Positions 44,859 through 53,757 of a DNA stretch of 64,000 nucleotides are shown here, in pieces; the stretch's first letter is position 1; every line of letters begins with the position of its first letter. Position numbers and translations under genes: made by a program. Source of the DNA: Kiritimatiellia bacterium (GTDB lineage Bacteria > Verrucomicrobiota > Kiritimatiellia > RFP12 > UBA3636); NCBI GenBank assembly GCA_017648065.1, contig JAGCJJ010000007.1, forward strand, positions 4,167 to 68,166, written 5' to 3'. Under the pieces are notes generated by a model, which was not told the DNA's origin, made no database searches, and saw nothing but the letters and a program-made list of their open reading frames with translations.

Positions 44859-47711
44859 TTAGCTTCGTGTAATTTGTAGACCAGTATGTGAAATTTCCAT
44901 ATCTACAAATCGAGCACGTGGATTTGGTGGATTTTGTGTCAAGCTTTCGCGAATTGCTGCGGCTGATGCTGTATCCTTTGCAAGAATTAGCATATAGCCA
45001 CCACCACCTGCGCCAAGTAGCTTTAGAGATGGTTTGAATGGAGCAATTTGGTCAATGATTTGTTTGATTGCTGGTGGGCATGTGCCTTTGTCCAGCTCGC
45101 GGTTTAGCTGCCAGCTACGGCGAATGCCTTCATCAAAGCTTGCTGAATCATTGCGCTGTAATGCCTCTGCGATAAAGCTTGCGTTTAGAGAAATGTCGTT
45201 GATAATAGACATTGTCTCTGCCTTGTTAAGGAAGATAGACTTAACAATTTCAGAGAGGATATTACGAGCTACGCGAGTAATACCTGTGTAGTATAGCATT
45301 GCTCTGCCTGAGCGAATAGCTTCAGCAAATACTTTTTCTGGCAGCCAATGTACATCAGGAAGCTGAGTTAAGTCGGCATTTGTCTTTGTAAGCTTCAAGC
45401 TTGGATAAATACCACCAACTTGATCCTGCCAGCCACCGCCTGAGGATAGAATTTGCTCTAGCACAGATGTGCGAGCAAAGATTTCGTTTGCAGACCAATT
45501 GTGGCTGCAAACCTCACCAAGAACGCCAAGAATTGTAGCAGAAAGAATGCTGCTTGTACCAAGGCCAGAGCCTTTAGGAATTGCTGCTAGCATTGACAAT
45601 TCAATACCTCCACCAAATTCAGTCATTAGCTGCTTTTCAAGAGATTCGTAACCACCAGTTGCGTGGAAGTTAGGATCAAAGCCTGCAAGTCTTAAAGCAG
45701 CACGTGCAATGCTGAAGCCACCAAGCTCAGAGGTTGAGGTTAGCTCTTCGTAAGTCTTAATTGTTTCTGCAATACCTAGGTCAATGCTACGAATAACAAT
45801 GTGTGGGGTAGTGCAAATACGAACGAATGTCTGAATTGGAGGCTGTCCATTCAGATTTACTGCTACGTTAAGGACTCTGCCACCATTCTCTAAGCAGAAA
45901 GGAGGTGTGTCTGACCAACCACCAGCAAAGTCCAATCGAGCAGGAGAGCGGCCCCAGATAATTTGGTCATCAAGAATATTGCGTACAGGACGAACCTTCT
46001 TGATAGCCATATCATCAATCATCAGTTTACGCAATGTATTGAATGCTTTGCCTGTTAGCTCCTCGCTATCGTTCTTTGCTGCTTCATACATGTATGCATG
46101 CACAAGAGGTAGTGAGCCTTTGTTATTATCAAATCTTTCAATTGGAATATTAACATCAAGCTGAGAAAGTGCATTCAAGTCAGCAATTTGAAATAGCTCT
46201 TGAAGCTGGGCATCTGAGAACTCAAGGATTTGTTCTGCAACAAGCTTTTTACGCTGTGCTGTACGCTTAGTCAAATCGCAGGTCTGTACAAGATCTGTTG
46301 CTGAAACACGTAGAGAATCAATCCAAATTGAGCGTGCCTCAGTATCTTCTGGGTTGATTGTGAACCAAGCGATAAGCTTAGCCATTGTTTCAGGTGATTT
46401 TACTAATGGGAATAGTGGTACATTTTGAATATCGCCTGTAAAGCCTAGCTCAGCAGGATTTATTCCACGTGCATTAAACCAATCAATGATTGGCATACCC
46501 AAGAATTGAGTTAATGGATCTTCAATATTGCCCTTAAAGGTATCGTCAAAGCCATAGATGCGCAGCACAGAATCTGCAGAGCCAATCAGTCCGCACATAT
46601 CAATACATGTGCCAAGTGGCAGTCTTACATTAGGTATCTCGCAGCTGATGCCAGTGATAACATTTGAGCCAACCAGGCTCCAACTTTCTGGAATGATTGA
46701 ATTTTCAATCCAAAGATTATGGCACTTGCTTATGTCTGTCTTAACAAGTGAGTGAAGAACAATTGTATTCTGTGCTTTGTCTCCGGCAGTATGACCAAAT
46801 GCGCGGCGATCCTCAGCAGGATGTGATAGCTGAGCAACTGAGCTTAGTACGCTACGATTTGTACCGAAGTGGAAGAATTTTCCACTATTGAGTGGAAGCA
46901 CTGCACAAGTGAGCTGATTGATTTCAGGGTCATTGCTTTGAGCGATTTCTCCAAGAGCTGTACCAAATTTATCAAATAGCTCATAGTATCCACATTTGCC
47001 ATCTGCAAAGCATTCCTTTTCAATGTCCCAGCCACATTTTTTCATCAGTACTTCAACAGCACGAGCGCTGAATAGCCATACACCGGTATCTAGGAAATAG
47101 TTGTACTTTGCTGAAAGCTTGTTGATTTCATCAACTGATGGCTTTTGCAAGAAGAAGGTTAGTGTCTGAGGATTGTCCACAGGACAGAAGATTACGCCAT
47201 GATTGCGAGCTTCCTCTGGGGATGCAGCAATACCTGCGATAAGCACATCAACCTCAGGGAAGATAGGCATTGCATCAGGTGAAGTAACAAGAGTATCACC
47301 ACAAGCCACAATCATGCGATATGATTCTGGTGCATGGCGTACAATGTGACGACAGCTGCTTTCCTGAAGATTGATCAGACGCTGGTCTGGGTGCTGTCCC
47401 TTCATTGATGGGAAAAGAGGCAAAGGAAGCATTAGCTTACTTTCTGCAGCGTATGCAGGAAGTCTGCGGCTTTGTCCGCTTCCGTGAATGATAAGCTTAC
47501 GAGTGGTATTTAGCCAAGTCTTAAATGAAGCCTCTTCCTGGCGTGTTGCTTGCCATGCTTCAAAAAGAATATTTGCTGTACCGCCACCACTGCCGAGCTG
47601 TGAGCCAGGAGGGTCTGATGCAGCAAAAACAATATTTGCTCCAATATTTGAATAATCTTGGCTTACTGCTCCTGGTGGAACAGAAATAATAGTTTCAATT
47701 TTACCATTCAT
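44859..47711 (-). CDS. fkp: bifunctional L-fucokinase / L-fucose-1-phosphate guanylyltransferase (Fkp)
   Basis: Similar to Bacteroides fragilis Fkp along its length as I recall it: SDPPGSQLGSGGGT, HGSGQSRRLP, WGRSPARLDFAGGWSDTPPF, LNGQPPIQ, GSGLGTSSIL, GGGWQDQ, YTGITR, GAGGGGY, NPPNPRARFV...ITRS. At 950 aa it compares with ~949 aa for Fkp. The track start at 47879 is an artefactual extension; ATG 47711 is preferred. Confidence 0.9.
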   Translation of the reverse strand: MNGKIETIISVPPGAVSQDYSNIGANIVFAASDPPGSQLGSGGGTANILFEAWQATRQEEASFKTWLNTTRKLIIHGSGQSRRLPAYAAESKLMLPLPLFPSMKGQHPDQRLINLQESSCRHIVRHAPESYRMIVACGDTLVTSPDAMPIFPEVDVLIAGIAASPEEARNHGVIFCPVDNPQTLTFFLQKPSVDEINKLSAKYNYFLDTGVWLFSARAVEVLMKKCGWDIEKECFADGKCGYYELFDKFGTALGEIAQSNDPEINQLTCAVLPLNSGKFFHFGTNRSVLSSVAQLSHPAEDRRAFGHTAGDKAQNTIVLHSLVKTDISKCHNLWIENSIIPESWSLVGSNVITGISCEIPNVRLPLGTCIDMCGLIGSADSVLRIYGFDDTFKGNIEDPLTQFLGMPIIDWFNARGINPAELGFTGDIQNVPLFPLVKSPETMAKLIAWFTINPEDTEARSIWIDSLRVSATDLVQTCDLTKRTAQRKKLVAEQILEFSDAQLQELFQIADLNALSQLDVNIPIERFDNNKGSLPLVHAYMYEAAKNDSEELTGKAFNTLRKLMIDDMAIKKVRPVRNILDDQIIWGRSPARLDFAGGWSDTPPFCLENGGRVLNVAVNLNGQPPIQTFVRICTTPHIVIRSIDLGIAETIKTYEELTSTSELGGFSIARAALRLAGFDPNFHATGGYESLEKQLMTEFGGGIELSMLAAIPKGSGLGTSSILSATILGVLGEVCSHNWSANEIFARTSVLEQILSSGGGWQDQVGGIYPSLKLTKTNADLTQLPDVHWLPEKVFAEAIRSGRAMLYYTGITRVARNILSEIVKSIFLNKAETMSIINDISLNASFIAEALQRNDSASFDEGIRRSWQLNRELDKGTCPPAIKQIIDQIAPFKPSLKLLGAGGGGYMLILAKDTASAAAIRESLTQNPPNPRARFVDMEISHTGLQITRS

Positions 47712-48531
47712 CGCTATCATCCTCATCATAGTCATCGCCAGAGCCCCATGGGTCACGCTCGTCATCAAAGAAATCGTCACGCTCGTCATCCATGTTATAT
47801 TCATCATTTCCGTACATAGCTCTTCCGTGAGGAGAGAAATGCTCTGGGTCTTCGGAATAATCATCAAAGCCAGAGCCATATTGCTCAGGATTTGGACCTT
47901 CAGACAGACTGTCTATTGTTATTGGGTAAAAGGTTTTCTCGTCGTACTCAGGCTCATCGTCTGTTACTTCAATTTGGAAAATCCATTCATCGACATCGAG
48001 CTTGTAGACATAGAAGAAATCATAAGGGATATCTTTGCGAGCATACTTTCTTACGAGCATGTCCTCATAGACATCTGTATCAAATTCGTCATAATCAGTA
48101 CCATCAAAATCCTCAGGAATATATTCGCGGTCGCAAAGATCATCCAGCTCCTCTGCGAAGAAGAAAGAGAACTTCATTTCATCATCAAAGCAAATAGAAT
48201 CAAGAATTGCGATATGCAGATCGTAGAGATTTGCATTGCTTGTTACATCAATATAGCGAATGCATTTATCATCTAGCCATGGGCCTTCCATGCAAGTTAC
48301 GCGCAGACGAATAACTTTTGGGTTTTCAGGCTTTGGAGGCTCAACCTTTACAGGTGCAGGAGCAGCTGCTTTTGGAGCAGCAGGCTTCTTAGTTGCAGCA
48401 GTCTTTGTAGCAGTCTTTTTAGCAGGAGCAGCTTTCTTTGTTGCTGTTTCAGCTTTTTTTGCTGGAGCTTTTTTCGTAGCAGTCTTCTTAGCTGTTGTTG
48501 CTTTAGATTCTTTTGTCTCTGTTTTTTTCAT
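47701..48531 (-). CDS. chimeric protein: histone-H1-like Lys/Ala/Pro/Thr-rich N-terminal tail + MM3350-like (pRiA4b ORF-3-like) core + strongly acidic C-terminal tail
   Basis: aa 1-72 read KKTATKKAPAKKAETATKKAAPAKKTATKTAATKKPAAPKAAAPAP. The core is VIRLRVTCMEGPWLDDKCIRYIDVTSNANLYDLHIAILDSICFDD...FFYVYKLDVDEWIFQIEV. The last ~75 aa are rich in D/E/Y (…DDERDDFFDDERDPWGSGDDYDEDDSDEW). Confidence 0.6.
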   Translation of the reverse strand: MKKTETKESKATTAKKTATKKAPAKKAETATKKAAPAKKTATKTAATKKPAAPKAAAPAPVKVEPPKPENPKVIRLRVTCMEGPWLDDKCIRYIDVTSNANLYDLHIAILDSICFDDEMKFSFFFAEELDDLCDREYIPEDFDGTDYDEFDTDVYEDMLVRKYARKDIPYDFFYVYKLDVDEWIFQIEVTDDEPEYDEKTFYPITIDSLSEGPNPEQYGSGFDDYSEDPEHFSPHGRAMYGNDEYNMDDERDDFFDDERDPWGSGDDYDEDDSDEW

Positions 48532-48569
48532 AATATCTAAGTTGATGAATTTGATAAAAATTAAATTGA

Positions 48570-49223
48570 TTAAATTTTGAAGCCAGCATTTTGAAGCATT
48601 TCAATAGTGATATTGCTCTGGGTAGGTGCTTCTTCTTTTGCTTGCTGTGTTCCATATCGAGCAAGTACATCTGTTTCAAGATTAACCTTGTCACCAACGC
48701 GTTTCTCGCCAAGTGATGTATCTCTCAATGTTGTAGGAATAATGCAAACTTCAAATTCTATATTGCTGATAACCTTTGCCACTGTCAGGCTTATTCCGTT
48801 TATAGCAATAGAGCCTTTGTAAACAATTTGTTTCAGGATTTGCTCGCTGGCCTTGATGCGAATTGAAATATCGCGACCGGCTGGTGTAATGGCTGAGATT
48901 GTTCCAACGCCATCAACATGGCCTTGAACAATATGTCCGCCAAAGCGTGCATCAGCGCGCATTGCACGCTCAAGATTTACGCTTGCCCCATGCTTGAGTT
49001 TTGCCAAAGTTGTTACATCAAGTGTCTCCTTCAGCACATCTACTGAGAAGCCTGTGGCATCGTGTGCAACGAGTGTAAGACATACGCCATCAACAGCAAT
49101 GCTTTCGCCTAGCTGATATGGGTCATTTGCCCAAGCCTCGCAATCAATGCGTATGCAGCTGCCGCCATTTTGTTGAGTGACGCCCTTAAAGCGACCTGTC
49201 TTTTGAATTAGTCCTGTAAACAT
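48570..49223 (-). CDS. ribE: riboflavin synthase (alpha chain)
   Basis: MFTGLIQKTGRF N-terminus and the duplicated lumazine-binding repeat (GESIAVDGVCLTL / GSIAINGISLTV, NLE...). Confidence 0.9.
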   Translation of the reverse strand: MFTGLIQKTGRFKGVTQQNGGSCIRIDCEAWANDPYQLGESIAVDGVCLTLVAHDATGFSVDVLKETLDVTTLAKLKHGASVNLERAMRADARFGGHIVQGHVDGVGTISAITPAGRDISIRIKASEQILKQIVYKGSIAINGISLTVAKVISNIEFEVCIIPTTLRDTSLGEKRVGDKVNLETDVLARYGTQQAKEEAPTQSNITIEMLQNAGFKI

Positions 49224-49240
49224 AAAATTGAGTTTTGTTT

Positions 49241-50374
49241 CTAAATTAAATCGTTTGGTTTAAGAATCAACTTAACATCAGCACCTATTTGAGAGATGTT
49301 TGAAATTGAAAATCTAGGTGCTGTTGGTAAATCAAATGGATATGTGCCGAATGTATGCTTTTGAGTTGCTCCAAGAATTTTTGGAGCAATGTACATAATC
49401 AGCTCATCAACTAAGCCTCTGTTGAGAAGAGATGAAGCCAGCTCAGCACCACCTTCGCAAAGAATGTGTAAGAAACCTTGCTCACCAGCCTTCGCAAAAA
49501 GTGCATCTAGAGAAAGAGTAGGGTGCTGATTTGCAAAAGAAAATTCAGTAGGAAGAACCCATACAGTCGCCCCTGTCGCTTCAATTTGTTTGCGATGTTC
49601 CTCTGGGCAATGCTCACTGGTAGCATAAATCGTTAGCTTGGCAAGTCCATCGGTAAAGCATTTAGCAGATGAGGAGACTCTGCCACGAGAATCAAGAATA
49701 ATGCGATATCCAGGCTGAGCAGAGCCATCCTCACCGTCACGAAGCAGAGATGGATTATCCTCGCATGCTGTATTGCAACCTACAAGAACAGCATCTGCCT
49801 TTGCACGAAGTGTGCGTACATCCTTACGAGCTTCCTCGCCAGTAATCCATTTTGATTGACCTGCGTGATCGGCAATAGCTCCATCAAGAGATTGTGCCAT
49901 TTTCAAAGTGACGAATGGGCGCTTAGTTGTAATCCACTTAAAGAATGGGGCAAGCTGGGCTGTCGCTTCTTTTTCCAGGATGCCTGTGGTTACAGAAATG
50001 CCAGATGATTCAAGAATAGAAATTGCTTTTCCTGCATGCTTTGGATTTGGGTCAAGTGCAGCAATAACTACGCGAGCAACCTTTGCTCTGAGAATTGCTT
50101 CTGTGCATGGAGGAGTGCGCCCAAATGTAGAGCAGGGCTCTAATGTAACATAAAGTGTTGAGTCTGCATATTCTTCAATTGGAAGCTTTGAAAGTGCAGA
50201 TGCTTCAGCATGAGGAGCTCCGGCAAATGCGTGAAAGCCCTCAGCGATAATTGAGCCATTTTTAACAATTACGCATCCTACAGGAGGATTTGGGCGAGTA
50301 TGACCTAGCCCCTGAGCTGCTTGCTCAAGGGCTTTAGACATAAAAAATTCATCTGTTTGTTGTTGTTCGGTCAT
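49241..50374 (-). CDS. ribD: bifunctional diaminohydroxyphosphoribosylaminopyrimidine deaminase / 5-amino-6-(5-phosphoribosylamino)uracil reductase
   Basis: The deaminase zinc motifs are HAEASAL and PCSTFGRTPPC. The reductase half has KMAQSLDG and LCEGGAELASSLL. Confidence 0.9.
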   Translation of the reverse strand: MTEQQQTDEFFMSKALEQAAQGLGHTRPNPPVGCVIVKNGSIIAEGFHAFAGAPHAEASALSKLPIEEYADSTLYVTLEPCSTFGRTPPCTEAILRAKVARVVIAALDPNPKHAGKAISILESSGISVTTGILEKEATAQLAPFFKWITTKRPFVTLKMAQSLDGAIADHAGQSKWITGEEARKDVRTLRAKADAVLVGCNTACEDNPSLLRDGEDGSAQPGYRIILDSRGRVSSSAKCFTDGLAKLTIYATSEHCPEEHRKQIEATGATVWVLPTEFSFANQHPTLSLDALFAKAGEQGFLHILCEGGAELASSLLNRGLVDELIMYIAPKILGATQKHTFGTYPFDLPTAPRFSISNISQIGADVKLILKPNDLI

Positions 50375-50516
50375 ACAAAAATATGATTTGTTTCTAATCG
50401 ATGTTGTTTATACTCATAGAGTATAACATAAAACCGGGAATAAAACAACACAACAAATCGCCTTTTTAATGACAGTTTACAATTTGTTATTTTTCTAAAT
50501 AAACTAAAAAAATCTG

Positions 50517-50546
50517 TTGAATCTGCTATTGACTTTTTGGTACAAT
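50517..50546 (+). promoter_or_regulatory. putative sigma70-type promoter (TTGAAT-18-TACAAT) upstream of rpsA
   Basis: Read directly in the ribD/rpsA divergent intergenic region. Confidence 0.35.
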
Positions 50547-50712
50547 TTAACCCATTATTCATTTTGCACGAGTTAAGGCATCTCGTGTGAATCGCAGCAT
50601 AAACGCCGGGTGGCGTCTAAAAGCTAGCAGTTATATTAATCAACCCCAAAAGCCTAAAATAAATAACATGCTCGTATCAAAAAAAGGCAGAGACTTGGCA
50701 AAGAGCCAAGAA

Positions 50713-52407
50713 ATGAATGAACTTCTAAATGCAACACTACAGCAGGCAGAAGAAAATCGCATTATCAAGGGTATGATCCTTGAGGTTCGTCCAACTGAGG
50801 TTCTAATCGATGTTGGCGGTAAGTCAGAGGGTTCAGTACCAGCTAATGAGTTCGAAGATATTGCTTCTGTAAAGGTTGGTCAGGAAGTTGACGTACTAGT
50901 TCTTCAGGCAGAAAATGAAGATGGTATGGTTGTTCTCTCCAAGAAAATGGCAGACGAAAAGATTCGCTGGGAAGCTGTTCTAGAGCGCTACAGCGAGGGC
51001 TGCACAGTTAATGGTACTGTTAAGAGCAAGGTACGTGGTGGTCTACTAATCGATGTTGATGGTGTAGAGGCATTCCTACCAGGTTCACAGATTGATGTTT
51101 CTCCTGTACACAGCACAGATGAGTACCTTGGTCAGCAGTATGAGTTCAAACTAATTAAGATTTCAAATGATCGCCGTAACATCATCCTTTCACGTCGTGA
51201 ATTGATTGAGGAGCGTCAGTCAGATAAGCGCCGTGAGCTATTGGCAACTCTAGAGGTTGGCCAGCGCCGCACAGGTAAGGTTAAGAATGTTACAGATTTC
51301 GGTGTGTTCGTTGACCTAGATGGTATTGACGGTCTTCTACACATCACTGACCTAACATGGGGTCGTGTAAAGCACCCAGCTGACATGGTTAAGGTTGGTC
51401 AGGAACTAAACGTAATCATCCTAGAAATCGATCGTGAGCGTGAGCGCATTTCACTTGGCTTGAAGCAGGCTCAGGCAAATCCATGGGATGATATTGAGGC
51501 TCGTTACCCAGTAAACAGCCGCCTACGTGGTAAGGTTGTAAATCTAGTTGCTTACGGTGCATTCGTTGAGCTAGAGGATGGTATTGAGGGTCTTGTACAC
51601 GTTTCTGAGTTCTCTTGGACACGCCGCGTTGCTCGCGCATCTGACGTTCTAAACGTTGGTGACGAGGTTGACGTTGTTGTTCTAGGCGTAAACAAGGAGG
51701 ATCAGAAGATCGCTCTTGGTATCCGCCAGACAGAGGAAAATCCATGGGATACAGTTCAGGATCGTTACCCAGTTGGCACACGCGTTAAGGGTAAGGTTCG
51801 CAACTTCACATCTTATGGTGCATTCATTCAGCTTGAGGATGGCATCGACGGCATGATTCACGTTTCAGACATGAGCTGGACACGTAAGATCAATCACCCA
51901 ACTGAGCTTCTACAGAAGGGCCAGGAGGTTGAGGCTGTTGTTCTAGAGGTCGATTCTGACAATCAGCGCATCTCTCTAGGTTTGAAGCAGGCTTCTGAGG
52001 ATCCATGGAGCAACATCACAGCTCGCTATGCTGTTGGTCAGATGGTAAAGGGCAAGGTTTCTAAGATCGCTTCCTTCGGCGCATTCGTTGAGCTAGAGGG
52101 TGGTGTTGATGGTCTTGTTCACATCTCTCAGATCAGCGATGATCATGTTGATCGCGTTAAGGATGCTCTAAAGGTTGGTCAAGAGGTTGAGGCTCGCATC
52201 GTTCGCATCGATCGTGATGAGCGTCGCATTGGCCTAAGCCTAAAGGCACAGGGCGGTGAGGATGAGGACTTTGAGATTCCAGCAGATTATGCTGCTGAGC
52301 AGGGTCTTCGTGCTGACCAGAACATCGTAGGTCTTGCTTCTGCATTTGATGAGGCATTCTCATCAACAGAAGAGTGGACTCCTGGTGAGAAGAAGTCTGA
52401 GGAATAA
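50713..52407 (+). CDS. rpsA: 30S ribosomal protein S1 (six S1 domains)
   Basis: Six repeats of G.V..V..FG.FV.L..G..GL.H.S. ATG 50713 gives a 564-aa protein collinear with E. coli S1. The track ORF starts at GTG 50587, and ATG 50668 is also possible. Confidence 0.93.
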   Translation: MNELLNATLQQAEENRIIKGMILEVRPTEVLIDVGGKSEGSVPANEFEDIASVKVGQEVDVLVLQAENEDGMVVLSKKMADEKIRWEAVLERYSEGCTVNGTVKSKVRGGLLIDVDGVEAFLPGSQIDVSPVHSTDEYLGQQYEFKLIKISNDRRNIILSRRELIEERQSDKRRELLATLEVGQRRTGKVKNVTDFGVFVDLDGIDGLLHITDLTWGRVKHPADMVKVGQELNVIILEIDRERERISLGLKQAQANPWDDIEARYPVNSRLRGKVVNLVAYGAFVELEDGIEGLVHVSEFSWTRRVARASDVLNVGDEVDVVVLGVNKEDQKIALGIRQTEENPWDTVQDRYPVGTRVKGKVRNFTSYGAFIQLEDGIDGMIHVSDMSWTRKINHPTELLQKGQEVEAVVLEVDSDNQRISLGLKQASEDPWSNITARYAVGQMVKGKVSKIASFGAFVELEGGVDGLVHISQISDDHVDRVKDALKVGQEVEARIVRIDRDERRIGLSLKAQGGEDEDFEIPADYAAEQGLRADQNIVGLASAFDEAFSSTEEWTPGEKKSEE

Positions 52408-52437
52408 TTTCCTATAAACTTCTGAAAGATATAAAAA

Positions 52438-52476
52438 ACGGTGGTTTGTATTGTTACAAGCCGCCGTTTTTTTATT
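52438..52476 (+). terminator. rho-independent terminator after rpsA
   Basis: ACGGTGGTTTGTA-TTG-TTACAAGCCGCCGT (with G-U pairs) followed by TTTTTTTATTTTTT. Confidence 0.85.
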
Positions 52477-52568
52477 TTTTTAGCAATATTTTCTTTTTTT
52501 ATATATTTAATATATACTTGAAAACATTATTTATTTTTTGCTAGAATTAAGCCGTTAAGGAGATAATA

Positions 52569-52763
52569 ATGAGCACAATAAATATTAATAATAATCCTGT
52601 TATTTCAAATAGACATCAGAATCCACTTGCAGGAAATAACAGTGCACCAACAAAAAAAGAGAATTTTACTGCATTTGCTGTTCTAGCAATTGTTTCTACA
52701 GTTCTATTTCTAGCATTAGTATTTGTTCTTTGGTCAGAGTTTTCTTATATTAGTGCTGCATAA
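52569..52763 (+). CDS. small single-pass membrane protein (64 aa), Asn-rich N-terminus
   Basis: SD GGAG 8 nt upstream. The C-terminal TM is FAVLAIVSTVLFLALVFVLW. It lies 12 nt upstream of the TadC-like gene. Confidence 0.4.
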   Translation: MSTININNNPVISNRHQNPLAGNNSAPTKKENFTAFAVLAIVSTVLFLALVFVLWSEFSYISAA

Positions 52764-52774
52764 TAAAGCTTGAT

Positions 52775-53683
52775 ATGACGGGAATATTGGGATGGGCTGG
52801 TGCTATTCTTTGGATGGCATCGGCTGCGCTATTTACATGGTATGCCATTGGAGTAGCACAACAAATTACTTATGTAACGCTCGCTGACGGTCGTAAGCAA
52901 GAGCGTCGTATCCCTTTAATTTTTCGTTTGTTACTTCCTTTAACGCCAAACGTTAAGGGATTAATGCTTAGCCCAAGATTTGAGAAGCTTAGGAAAAAGA
53001 CAGATGGAATGATTGTGACAGCTGGCTTTGAAGGGCTTGTTGAAGGGTGGGAATTGCTTGCATTAAAGTTAGTTTTACCATTATGTCTTGGTCCTTTATG
53101 GTGCTTAATCCTTTATCAGGTATGTGGTGTAAGTGAGTTCCTTTCCAGATTGTTCCCTGCATTAACTCTCTTGGGCGTTGTGTTTTTCTACATTTATCCA
53201 GTAATGTGGTTGCGTTCAGCAGTGAAGCTAAGGCAGCATCAAATATTGCGTGCAATGCCATTTGTTCTTGATTTGCTCACACTTTCTGTAGAAGCAGGAC
53301 TTGATTTTATGTCTGCAGTTCAGCGAGCAACAGAGCGCGAGAAACTTGATGCACTTAGTGAGGAACTATTGCGCATGGTGCGTGAGATACAGGTTGGAAC
53401 AACACGTAAGAATGCACTTAAAGCAATGTCTGATCGTGTGGATTTACCAGATATGCGTGCTTTGGTTAATGCACTTGTTCAAGCGGATGAGCTAGGTGTG
53501 GCTGTAGGCTCAATTTTACGAATTCAGTCAGACCAAATACGTGTACGCCGTTTTGAGCGTGCAGAGAAATTAGCTAATGAAGCACCAACAAAGCTTCTTG
53601 GCCCTTTGATGGTTTTTATTTTCCCAGCGGTTTTCATCATATTGCTAGGTCCATTATTTTATAAGCTTGCAGCGCAAGTATAG
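52775..53683 (+). CDS. type II secretion system F-domain protein, TadB/TadC-like (single T2SSF domain)
   Basis: LDLLTLSVEAGLDFMSAVQRA, REIQVGTTRKNALKAMSDRV, ALVQADELGVAVGSILRIQSDQIR, AEKLANEAPTKLLGPLMVFIFPAVFIILLGP. Confidence 0.7.
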   Translation: MTGILGWAGAILWMASAALFTWYAIGVAQQITYVTLADGRKQERRIPLIFRLLLPLTPNVKGLMLSPRFEKLRKKTDGMIVTAGFEGLVEGWELLALKLVLPLCLGPLWCLILYQVCGVSEFLSRLFPALTLLGVVFFYIYPVMWLRSAVKLRQHQILRAMPFVLDLLTLSVEAGLDFMSAVQRATEREKLDALSEELLRMVREIQVGTTRKNALKAMSDRVDLPDMRALVNALVQADELGVAVGSILRIQSDQIRVRRFERAEKLANEAPTKLLGPLMVFIFPAVFIILLGPLFYKLAAQV

Positions 53684-53757
53684 AGTAAAGAATTTTAATT
53701 ATACAAATAATCAAATTTAATAATGCGGGGCAAACCCTCGCTGAAAGGTAAGATAAA

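Noticed and set aside
47712-47879. N-terminal extensions in the ORF track: fkp to 47879, SBP to 23224, araB from 2201, gspF from 10224, rpsA from 50587, trmL from 61090
   Set aside because: The extensions overlap upstream genes or terminators, start at TTG/GTG, and add residues absent from the known families. Internal ATGs with better context give family-typical lengths.
47827-48580. Three overlapping plus-strand ORFs (149, 101 and 106 aa) opposite the histone-like gene
   Set aside because: They are mirror frames of the biased-composition minus-strand gene. The Lys/Ala/Pro-rich repeats translate as Phe/Ala/Gly-rich runs on the other strand (e.g. FLAGAAFFVAVSAFFAGAFFVAVFLAVVALDSF in the 48260-48580 ORF), and the acidic D/E-rich tail gives Ile/Leu-rich runs. 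There is no independent support.
50409-50425. Perfect palindrome TATACTC-ATA-GAGTATA 35-50 nt upstream of the ribD start, as a possible operator
   Set aside because: It is short and AT-rich, occurs once, and overlaps a -10-like TATACT. It is plausible by chance in this composition, and no partner regulator is nearby.
50375-50586. Expected an FMN (RFN) riboswitch upstream of ribD on the minus strand
   Set aside because: Reading the reverse complement shows none of the conserved RFN cores (no GGGCGGGGUGAAAUUCCC..., no GAUCCGGUG...CCGACGGU). The region is AT-rich and looks like a plain divergent promoter region shared with rpsA.
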